Shown here in pieces: positions 22,523 through 34,500 of a stretch of 64,000 bases of DNA (positions are counted from its first letter, which is position 1; the number at the start of each line of letters is the position of its first letter). The stretch is from Lepidodermella squamata (taxonomy: Eukaryota > Animalia > Gastrotricha). The notes beneath the pieces were generated by a model. That model was not told the origin of the DNA. It saw only the letters and a list, made by a program, of their open reading frames with translations, and did not search any database. The position numbers and the translations under genes are program-made. The DNA is taken from assembly GCA_047495785.1 (NCBI GenBank), contig JBLDXI010000042.1:3472001-3536000 (forward strand), in the 5' to 3' direction.

Positions 22523-25500
22523 CTATCGTAGAGAAATCCTTTTTGCGCGAACTTGGTCATTGGATGAGCTAACAACGTGTCTCTTTCTCCCTGCTTCAAT
22601 TTCAACCGGTTCCGGTTTACAATCCGATGCAACGTGACTACAACATTGTTCTTCGGCAACTTCTGCAGGGTTATCAAGATCTCTCTCAATACGATCGACC
22701 AGAATGTCGGCCATAATGTTACAAACAGCATTTGGACAGCGAGTTTTTACAAAATTACGAATGTCAATTAAAGTAGATGTGTTGCGAATCGTGTCACTTT
22801 TTGATAGAAGATTGAGTTTGGCGTTTAATATCACAGCAGTTTTCTGTTCCGGGCTATACGGTACCCATCCATTCTAAATCAAAGAAAATTAGAAAAATAA
22901 TTAGATTTTGTAATTTTTCTACCTCTTGCATTAGAAGTATGTCTTCCATGATATCCTTCAACGAATCTGGGATTTCTTGAGATCGATACAAAACCTGAAG
23001 CTTGGCCAAACAGCTGGCGAATAATTCTGTCATTTCGCATTGTTTTGCCTCCGTTTGAACTGTTAGACCGTACGTTTGAAGTAAAACCATCAGTTCTTTG
23101 AAAACGTCCGAATTTTGAGTTCCTATCATCGCGTCGATGTAAGAAATGAAGTACGAAACGGGCACCAGCCGGTCGTTGAACAGCTTTCCAATCAATTTCG
23201 GGCATTGCACGATTTTGTTGTGGAACGACAACTTTGCTTGGTCGAGATTAGCTTGCATCTGAGACTTGTCTTCGGGCTAAATGAAGGCGAACAAAAACAG
23301 AGAAACCATAACAGGAGTTCATGGATGTTTGCTTCATAAGGTAATTTACGACCGGATTTTTAGGGAAATTGATTTTCTACGATTAAAATTCTTTTATTGG
23401 AAGTCATAGCTATAGCAGATCGTCGGACCCAACATTAATACTTTAAGCTGCAATGTGATTGTTTGCTTTCTCCCTCTCCCAAACCCTTTATGAATTTCGA
23501 ACAAAACTGCGCTCAATCGTTGTTTCGATTCAAGCAACGGATCGTGTGATGGCCTCCTTGTTAAGAAAATTGCACAATGGTTTGCGAAGCATTTTCCAGC
23601 CTGCAGCGTTTTCGAGCCTCGGAAGGGCTAGGCTGCCACCCAAAGTAAACAGCGAGTTTTTAGTTTTCACTCCTGAACACTTAACAAAGGCTTTAGCGGC
23701 ATATCTTTGCTATTGGTGATTTTTTTCTTGATTAACTTCTCGAGATTGTGAGCTAAAGCGGAAGCCCCGCCTCCTAGTGCACCTTCGCTACAAGTGGAGG
23801 CAGTGATGAACCATGGCAAGTGCTCTTTGAATATATGATAAACCTTTATGCCACGAGCGATTTGAAAGAAGCTCGATCTTTCCTGCACAACATTGACAAA
23901 TGTTCCAATATCCAATATCCAATCAGTCAACAGAGAAAGGTGGTAAGAAAGATCTGAGATCTGTTTCAATTTTTGTTTCAATTTTTAATTGTTTGTTTCT
24001 TTAGGCGGACATTGTCGACTGTGGAAATCGAAATCCCGCAAAAAGCAGTGAGGAATTTACGAGTTCCGATGACGCCGAGGCAAAAAGCAAAATATGAAGA
24101 CATCATGGACAGCAAGGTGCAGGGCTGCAATCGGAATGCTGCGCTAAAGAAATGCGCTAATCATATCGACTTGATAACTAAGCCCAACAAAGCGGAAGCG
24201 GAAGAAGACGCGGCATCGACCTATTTGTTATGGTAGGTAAATAAAATCTTCCTTAGTTTAGGTATACGAGTTTTCTATGATGTGGTCAATCTTAAAATTC
24301 GTTACCTTGTTTAATTATTTTCCATAGAGAAACACGATCGAAATAGAGAGATACGTGTGTTTATCCATATGGTAAAATTTACCTATGGGCATGTGAGAAT
24401 CAATATTAACCCAAAAATATGAAAATTTACCTAGATGAAAATACAAAACAGCGCTTAATATTTCCAATTTTTCGTAATTTCAAATTTCCGCACCCTCTTA
24501 AAAATAACTCACAGAAAAACAAGATAACTACGTACGAATAGCTTGAACTTCAAGCAGAGATTTATCCAGCCATCCCCTACCCATCCCCTAGCCATTCCCT
24601 CAAATTGAGCGGTCATCCCCTGAAGTGATCCCCTAAAGAAGAAGTGATAAGCGCACTCAAGTGACGTGTCTTTCTAAAATCAGGCAAAAATCGAAAGATT
24701 TGTCAGAAAACAACAAATTCTGCCGTGAGCTGAAATTTTCGACTGATAAATTATTATCAAACGGTCGCGGAAATTCTGGTCAGAAGTGCCAGCGTTTCGG
24801 ACATCCCACCAGCCATGTGTACCTGGTGTAACCGCACCGATCATAAATCCATCGCCTGCCGCCACGCAAAAGCGTGCGATTACTGTGGTCGCAAGAACCA
24901 CTTGCTGCCGGCATGCATCGACCTATGCCGGGACATAGAGCGAGGCGAGATGGATTCGACGCGCCGCCCTTTTTAAACTGAAACGTCTGACGCGCAGACC
25001 GCCGCCGAGGGCTCAAAAGAGCAAGCCAAAGAAGAGATCGAATCAAAACAATAAAGCCTCAAATAAAAAACCATTTTTTGTATTCAGCTTTCAATCCTGA
25101 GAGTTTCTACGGAAACATCCTCAAGCTTTTCATAAGTTCAAACGATCCCCTGCGTCAAATCGCCACACGCGTTTTGCTGCTCGAAAGCCTGCTACATAAT
25201 CCCCTCAAGTTACACTCTCCTTCGACTAGTCCGCTTTTCTGGAACACCATTAGCGTTCTACTCTTTTTCTATTCAAGCCACGCGCCGAGTGAAAGGCCTT
25301 CCAGTAAAGAAAATTTCACAATGGTTTGCGAAGCATTTTCCAGCCTGCAGCGTTTTCGAGCCTTGGAAGGGCTAGGTTGCCACCCGAAAAAAACAGCGAG
25401 TTTCACTGCTGAACACTTAACAACGGTTAGAAGCAACGGTATTTGCTACTGGTGAATTTTTTTGAAAATTTTTCGAGATTGTGGGCCAAGAAGAAGGGAT

Positions 25501-28500
25501 AAGCGCCATTAGGTTACGTGTCTTTCTAAAATCAGGAAGAAATCGAAACATTTGTTAGAAAACAACAAATTCTACCATGAGCTGTTGATGTATAACGCAA
25601 ATGTTTACAACACAATCATGCCGGCAATAATAATGCGCCACAGCGCAGGGTTGATGACGATTTCGATGATGACGAGTGGCTAATGCTAATGCGCGATCTC
25701 GGGAATGGCGTTAACAATGCTATTTTGAATTCTGGGCACCTATAGCGTTACGTTTTGTTGCGATGCTCAGAGAGATGTATTGCGACACAAAATCGGCTGT
25801 ATCCGTCAGAAACGAAACTTCAGATACCTTTGAAGTCGATGACAGGGTGAAGCAAGGTGACCCGCTTTCTTCACTACTATTTTGCTTGTACATTGATGAT
25901 CTTGAAGATGCTCCTGAAATTCCTGGCGAGCCTGGTTTGCCATCCGGTGCCATCAAAAGCATCCGGTGTATACTCTTCGCCGACGACGTTGTGATACTAT
26001 CAGCTCATAAACACGAGATGGAAGGTTGTCAAGGCGAGTTTCTTTGTCCCGACGCATTTGTCATTTCCTTCACCCAAAAAATGGATTTTGAACCAATGCA
26101 AAAAATTGTGGTACTTCTTAAAAACTTTGCAAAATCGCTATACTTATATGATTCTATGATTCAACTATGATTCAGCGACAAAAACAATGTGAAAAACCGT
26201 TAACAACTCAAAATCGATTAAAATGAAGGTGTAAAGACAGACTGGAAGTTGAAGAAGAAACCAGCCAAATGTAAATTAAATTAATTTACCTGACAATCCA
26301 TCAATGCTTGATGAGCAAATTCGAACTCCATATTCGTGTTGGTTTGATAGCTAGGCGCGAGCCACCTCAAACATTGCTCTTGAAACTCGATGAGGAACGA
26401 TTTTCCACAATTACTCGTCACTTTCTCGAGCCCAGCTAGAATTTTGGCCGCAGCATCAACGTCATTATCGGAATTCAGATAGGCGAACAGATGATCAAGC
26501 ATAGCGGTGATTTTAGCCGAGAAAACATCAGGTTGGAGAAATCTCAGCTGCTTCTTCCAGATTTCGATCGAAATATCACATTTGCCACGTAGATTGAACG
26601 GATCAGGGTCAGAAACAACTTCAAATACGTCGTCATCGAAATCTTGAGCCGAGTTGTGAAACGCAAGAGTATTTTGTGAGGGGATTAAGGGAGACGGCGA
26701 ACGCATCCAAGTAGATTTCTGAGAAGTCATAATTTAGGCTATACAAATTTAAAATTTCGAAAATCATTTACCTGGGATAAATTTGTTAAAAATGCATAAA
26801 TCTCTTCTTTTTTCTCGAACTCCTTCGATGATATCGCGATTGAAATGTAGAAACAAACAGATTCGAAGAATTTGCAATCTTCATCGCCAAACACCCAAGC
26901 TTTCGAATCATACAATCGGTCAATTTCTTGCAATAACCGAAAAATCAGGTAAATATTAGATAGCGAGCTTTTGACCATCATTCGCGCGACTCGTTCACGA
27001 TACGTCGAAAACGGAATGATTCGAAGATTTGATAGTTCTGTATGGAACCACATTTCCTCCGCTAATTTGTCGACATTTTCAAATGATTGGCAGAGCAGTT
27101 GCATACGGCGGAAAGACCAGTCCCTGACAACGGCAGCCAACTTGAATCCAGCGAACGTTTTTCGGGATAAAAATTTGAGGAGGGCCGTATGTTGATTGTT
27201 AATCGATTTTGAGGTAGATCCTTGAGCCATAACGGCTTCAAGTAGTTCGAAGACATTCACGCCGAAGGACGCTTTTGAAGTTGATTTCGCTAGATTAGTT
27301 GCTATTTCCTTCGAGATGGGCGTAAGTTTGCCGGGATTAGCCCCTAAATCGGCAATCAATGTCTGAAGAGAACTATCGATTTCGATGGGCGAAGCCAATT
27401 TCACAATGTTCTCAGATATCGAATCACTCAATTGGCTAATTAGACTGGTTTCAAGTTCTTTTTCTATTTCCATGGCTTCAGGTGGGCTATCAGGGCTATC
27501 AGGAATCGCAGAAGAAGAAGTTGAAACGATGTTAGATTTGACAAAACATCCTCCCTAAAAATAAAAGAATAATTAATTTTAAGCCTGGATCATTTTTTAA
27601 ATCTTACGTTGCAAGTAGAAGCACTGAATTCCCGCATTTCCCTGGCTTTCACCGGAAAATCATCACAGCCAACGACTTTGTCATGGTTCAAATGGATGAA
27701 ACTGAGAAGATTTTCGAAGATTTGCAGTTGAATCGAATCGAACTGATGTGAATTCGAGTCAATCATAGCCTTGTAACTTCTCAAAATCGAATGAAGCGTA
27801 TACAGGCTGAAGATTTTTCGATTCGACCCAGCAAACAGGTGATTAGGCACAGCTTCAAACGGCAACAGGTCCAATTTACACAGCTCGTTGTGAAACCTAA
27901 AAGAAATGAAAAGCGTTATTGAATTAGTTGTTCCCGAAACACCAGATTCTGACCGAAGCAAAAATTACTTTATTGTTTCATCGATTGATGCAACTGCTAT
28001 AATATTTAGTTATTCCTAATGAAATTGATTACTTCCACTCACTACGACTTAAACCGGGTTCTTGCAAAGTCCCGAAGTTCAAGTTGAATGTTGAAATTTG
28101 CTATGCGCGATTGGCGAACATCTCGAGTTTATCATCAACGACTGTTATTCGGCGACCAAGTGCTGGACGGCTATCAACGCAGCTCTGACGCTCGACCACT
28201 CTCTCGGAAAAATGTGACGACGAGTTTGGCGCTCCGGGCAGCTTTTCGGCCAACGCCTTATTTCGTATGCAGTACATCAAACGAAACATTTCGGCCTGTT
28301 CTTGGAAAGACATGGCATATTGTCAGACTATGACGAGTTCGGTCTGGAGAGTTACTACGGTCGGCTTGCGAGGTTCGTTACCGGCCCGAATCACCCGATT
28401 GACCAGATCGCCAAATGGGCCCTAGTAGAAGAGGCGCTGCGTTATGGTTGCCATCGGTTCCGAGACGCCGATGTTGCCGCCAGTTTTATGAATCACTCGA

Positions 28501-31500
28501 TGCCAGACCTCTCTATAAATCTGGCGAGTCTGCTGGTGAGTCTTTTTACATTTGGCATGAATATATGAAGAGATTACATACCAGCTTGAGAGATCCGTGA
28601 CCCCACGAATGCGAGAAGACATTTACGAGGATTTGAAGGAAGACGTTCGCCGTTGGTTGAAGCAGTTAATCGATAATCACCAGCAGCGGCGCTACAACTA
28701 ACGGACTGCTATCCAACTTACGAAGTTTTTTCCCTGCAAGACTTCACATCTATTGCTCAATTGCCTATAGAGACGTCTTAAAATTGCCTATCAACTCTTT
28801 TTTTTTAATCTGAAATTGGATTATTTGGCCTTCCCAATGTAAAAGTGCCGGGTTTTTTCCATCTTATTTGTCTGACGTTCAGCCGCGCAAGCTTCGAAAT
28901 CGCTTGGAAAATCGCCCGTTCAAAGAAACCTTTCGCAGAGGGTGACTTCATCAGAAAGTTTCTTGTGGGACCAGTGAACGAAATGTTCGACGACTTTCCA
29001 GAAAATAAACAGCTGAATATTCTAGCTGAAGTGTAGCTGAAGTTAGCCGGGCTCAGCTGTGCTCCAAATCACCTGAAATCTACTGAACTCGACTTGACCG
29101 TTGACTTTTTCGAATAGTTCAGCAAATTTCAGCACGTCCCCACGGATTTCCGTTAATTTCAGCTAATAAATTGTAGTTCAGCAAATTCCAGCTTTTTCGT
29201 GCCGATATGGGTGGTTGAATCGCTTGTAGCCTATCGCGATATGCTAGTATGTTATATTTCTATTTTTTAATAATTTCGAATAAATGCTAGTCACTGATCT
29301 TTTTTCCTAAAATTTATGCTGATTCTTAAATTTTCTTGAATTTTCGTAATAGCACATTTATTTCTCGTCATTTCTAATTTCCTTCATGATGCCATTTGCT
29401 TCTCCACCTCTCACTGGTGTCCGCTGTCCGCCAAGCTCTAAACAAGCCAACCATAAGGTGCTCTACGCCGGTTCAATCGGACGTTGATTCACCACCTGCA
29501 AGTCCGAGCCCTTTCGACTTGGAACGAGACCAGATTATTAATCTTCTGAAGGCAAGAAGTGACAGGGTTAAGCTGAGCGACGAAGTGGAGTGGCTTGTCT
29601 ACCAGCAGGTCATGGTCGATGAAGAGGAGACTAATTATGTGAAATGCGTTAGTGCTAGTTGTTCAAAGTTAACGGTGTTTAAATTTCGAAAAAACGATGG
29701 CACTGGCACGATCAAGCGTCACACTTGCTACGTCCGAACCGAACCGGACCGGAGGTTTTGCAAATAGGACCGGCACAGCTCTACTCAACAACATGGACGA
29801 CTACGACTGTGTAATCGATACAGCCCCCGACTGCCTGCATTGCCTTTTTCACGGTGACGTGCATGCCTATCATCAGTTGTACCGCCGCGACAGCGATAGC
29901 TTGTTTTACCTCGGAGGTGATTACAGGAGAAGGCTGGCGAAGTGCTATGGGCTATGCAAGACAACGTTCATTGGCCCGAGATACGCCAGTCGATCATTGA
30001 CGACGTCAAAGAAGAGCTTGCTGAAAAATGCCTCACCCGCCTCAAGGAGATCTTGCTGGAGGAGCTGGAGGAAAATTTTATTCTCCATGGTTAGGTCAAG
30101 GTTAAAGTATACGTGATGCCATTGGCATCGAAGCGCAGATGACGGCAGCCTACGCGTCGCTCTTTTTCTCTTTCCCAATCTACGTCGGTTTTGCTGTCAA
30201 GACGATTCGCTATTCGCTGGTGCGTTGTGCGCAAGCAAACCAAGACCAGGAAATCTCGAATTCTTGAATAAGACTTAAAGGCTGCTGCCGAAGGCCAGCA
30301 ATCACCGAAGGATCCATGTGCTTTATCTTTCTATACGTTCCCACGCCACCTGCCTGAGTACTTACTGTATCTTTGGAAATTCTTTTTCGAGGGAGAATCC
30401 CAAACCAATAGTTGCAAACTTGTTTTCCCGTTTCAGGGCAGAGTTCGGCGAGAATGCTGCTGTGTTGCTGACTCCAAAGGCTGTGCTCGTCGTCTGGCTC
30501 GTGTGCCTCGTGTGCCGAGACAGTCGCCCGTTGTGGACATCATGTATCATGTTTTCGCTCGAATCTGGCCAATGCCTCAGACCACTCGATCGCTAGGTTT
30601 CTCGACGAAAGTTTCAGTGGAGATTTCGCCGTTGACATCGAGCCTCTCCTCAAGGATGAATTCGGAGAACAACGTGCCAAGTCGATCTTATCTTTATTCG
30701 GACAATGCCGTACACGTCGTCGCAGGTCGGCTATTATGTGAAATAGATACTATTGCTATTTTAATAACGATGTAATGTGCCTCCGCCAAATAACCGGCCG
30801 CATTCCTCTCCTGCATGATCTGAAGCAGACATTGCTGAGTTTGTCCGATCGTGCGGTTGATGACTCTACGTTTTTCAAACAGTTCTTTCAAGCGATTGCT
30901 AGTTTCACGAGAAAGCCCGAATTTAAGAACTTTTTCACGAGAACGAATTTGTCGTACTGTTCGCCGCGGTGTCATCGTTGCCCTCTAGTCAATCGTAATT
31001 TTTGCTTCATGATTACCGGTCGCTTGGCGAAACTCGTCGCCTGTTGGATGAACATTGCGTCGTCCATTTTCTGTACTACATCAACGATTTGAATAATCGC
31101 TGATGATTTACGTCGGAACGACGATTCACCCTCTTGTTCGCATGCGCGACCACGTATTAGCGATAAACTGCCAGCTAGTCTTGTGGCACTTATTTGGAAA
31201 GAGGACATTAATACAGATTTTTATGTTTTTATGTTTATCTGCCGAAAAACCGAGATCAAATGATTCGGGTAAGGTAAGACATCATAGTAGAAAGCCACCG
31301 GTGAGACGAATTCGAATTAGAAAATGGCTCCCCGATAGTTGCACAATAGTTGCATAGTTAAAGTCCTCACCATCGACTCCCACTATAAAACGTGGAGTCG
31401 AACGGTTGAGGACTACCCGACTATGATAGACCCCGACCACACGAGTGTTGGGCCTACTACCAAAAGTGAGGAGTGGATGAAGGAAGATGCCCAGGTGAGG

Positions 31501-34500
31501 ATCTTCATTGATCACCATGTTGGTGCTGACCTGAAACACCTCATCACTGGTGATACCGCGAAGGTGCAGTGGAAATCACTGAATAAATTCTTTGATTCTC
31601 CATCGCTTCCGCGTAACGCTACTCGTGTGAACTACAACTGCCGTAATTACTATCTGCTGAAATGCTGATATTACGCTCTTTAATTACTATTTCAATTATT
31701 AAGAAAATTATTTTAATTTAGAAAAGTGGAACAATATTACAGCGATTAAGAACATACCAAATGAAACTAACAGCGCCAAAATCTTCCGCATTCGGAGAAA
31801 ACGCCTTGAAAGCCCATGACTGCACACATTTTTTGTACGTGTTCTTGGAAACCTGAAATGGAAAACATGTTTCTAATTTTTAAATTTATGAAGAGTCAAG
31901 CTAATAAAAATCACAAAATCTACAGAATAAACGGAAAATGTAGATGCTCGGATTCTAATAATACAGCTAAAATACAGCTCATTTATCGTTCATTTATTTG
32001 GTGTGTTAAAAATAAGGATATTATTTTGCAAGTAATGCAAAAATCGTATCCTGGTGTTCCGATTTTAACCGAATGACCATTTTGACCTTTGACCTACTCC
32101 TTACTTCCCATTATTGCCTCCTCATCAGTTTCGGTCAGGTCTCGCGGTGAATTTCTTTCTTACATCGAGCACATACAACAACGGACAAATTCGAAGACTG
32201 CTCGCCATTTTAGAAAGCCAACCGTCATCGCTGGCCGAACGTGGCCCGGTTGGCTATTTTCTATCTCGCCTTCGTCTGAGCGGCTATTCTCCATATCTGA
32301 TCATTTCATAAACCCGAGAAGGGTAATATTGTCTATGATGCCATCGGTCGAATTGTCATACGAACCAGCGGAAAGATTGTTCAAGAAGGCGAAGGGCTAC
32401 GTTGCACCGAGACGACGACATTCTGGCTGGGTGTGCGGCTTTACCTAATGCGTGCATGGGCCGCCCGAGACCAAGTTACATCCACGAAGTTTCGGAATCG
32501 TCACGCTGCACCAAGGCCTTCTGTTACACCAGATTTCATCATGGCTGAAACTGGCATTCTGGAAGAACGAGCGGGCGATTGCTCGAGTCGGAAATGACAT
32601 TGCATACGAAATAAAGCGATAAGCTGCCAAAAATGATGCGCGAACGAGATCGAGCTGCTTACACTCACCATGAAATGAATCAACATAAATCAAACGAGTC
32701 AACATGAGTCAAAAAGCGTGTCACAGTGCTCGTCGGCTGTTGTTGAGGCGGTTTCAAATTTCCACTGCTTGTTATTCACACGAAATTGCCAAACTCAAAT
32801 CGTAAAGAATCTACAGCAAGACTCTAAACATTTTGCTTGATCGAACCCTGTTGTTGGCAAGAAAATGAGCGAGAAATGCGACGTAACTAACAGGGTTCCC
32901 CAAGGTTCTGTCCTGGGCTTATTCTTTTCCTTTTTTTCATTAATGAAATCCTCCAAAATCTAACTAAACTGAAATAAATAAATTCTCCAGTCTGAGATTC
33001 AGTTTCTCGACATTCGCTATTCCTGTTGCAGGTTGAATTTATATCAAACAGAATGCAAAAGAAATGCTTAGAAAAGCTCTCTCCCCACTTGAGCATGCGT
33101 CTGCATCGACACAATTCCAAACTGCTCGAGAAATAGCTGCAGAAATGCCATTGACGCATATCGGCCACCGATTTCGGCCGTAACAATAAAGCTTTGCGGT
33201 TCTTTGCTGGTGCCATTTACGAGTACGACGATTTGCTGGACAGCCAACCAGCCTGGCAGCCTATTTCAGCAGCTATCGACAACTTGACGGAATACGTTGT
33301 TTCCATTGTGGGTTATTGTTGCGCTGAAAGCCTTCAGGCCAGAAACAAGCCTCCAACTCTCCAGGACAAAGATACAGTAACTACAAATTCCCATTCCAAA
33401 GATTACAATCCTAATAGCGCTGTATTAGTCTCTGTTACACTATCAAAAGACCGGAATCGACTGATTGCCTGTGTTCCAGTGTGTCCAATATAGGCGTCTG
33501 CAGTAGTAATTGTATTCACTTATCCTAAACTAGTTATGACTAGTTATGTCTGTGAAATTGTCTATATCTACTCGAATATCCAAATATTTCAAAATTTCCG
33601 GGTGCGGTTAGCAATAATAGATAAAAAGGCGGTTATTTCTTTCTTACACCGACCTCATACCAACAACGTCAACCAACTACTCGCGTCAAGCCAGCGGAAA
33701 AATTATTCAAGAAGGCGAAGTGCTACACTGCTCCGGTTGAATTCACCGAGGACGACATTTATGCGGGGTGTGCGGCTTTATCAAATGCATGCAGTTACAT
33801 CAACCAAGTTTCCGAATCATCAAGCTGCACCTGCGCCTCCTGTTATGTCCGAAGATGGCTATTTACCACTCCGGCGCCTGATCACCCGCAGAAAACTGTG
33901 ATTTTATCATGGCTGAAATTGGCATACTCGTTAAAAGATCCCTTAGTCATGATTATGCGGAGCAAGTAGCCTCGAAAATGGCGAAATACGAAGCAAATCG
34001 CGCTTTAGCTGCCGGAATGTCTGACCCTGCCGTGAATGCGGAAAGTTTCGCACCCATATACTTCCACTACTACTTCTACTTACAAGAGACAATTACAGCT
34101 TATTGTAAGTCAAGTCCATCAGGGCCAAGCCAGGAAAGACTGATGCCAGTAAAACACCAGTATCGTTCTTGTAACACTTTGGTACAACCTAGTAGTTTAC
34201 AGACGAAGTATAACAAACAACTAGGTTATACAACACCAGGGTTTTACTATAATGTCGGAATTACTCGACTGAGATCGATTTTTACTCAGTATTAGTTAAG
34301 CTCGTTTTACTGGATTTAAAAAGAGATGTAGCAGTGCAATTTCCTGAAATCAAGGAGCTTTGTGATGTCATGCCGTACGGCCATGAGTAATCATCTTACT
34401 ATATTGTGATGCTTAAACTAAATCAGCAATCGTTTTGAAATCAGACAAGCTTGTCATGGCATGCCAAAAGCAGGTTGAAAAGGCTAATCCTGCCCAGCCA

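Larger units (their letters stand above)
23563..25583 (+). repeat. Two diverged copies of a ~280-bp repeat; first split (23563-23758 + 24636-24732), second contiguous (25307-25583)
   Basis: Shared aatggtttgcgaagcattttccagcctgcagcgttttcgagcc and acgtgtctttctaaaatcagg...gaaaacaacaaattct. Confidence 0.85.
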
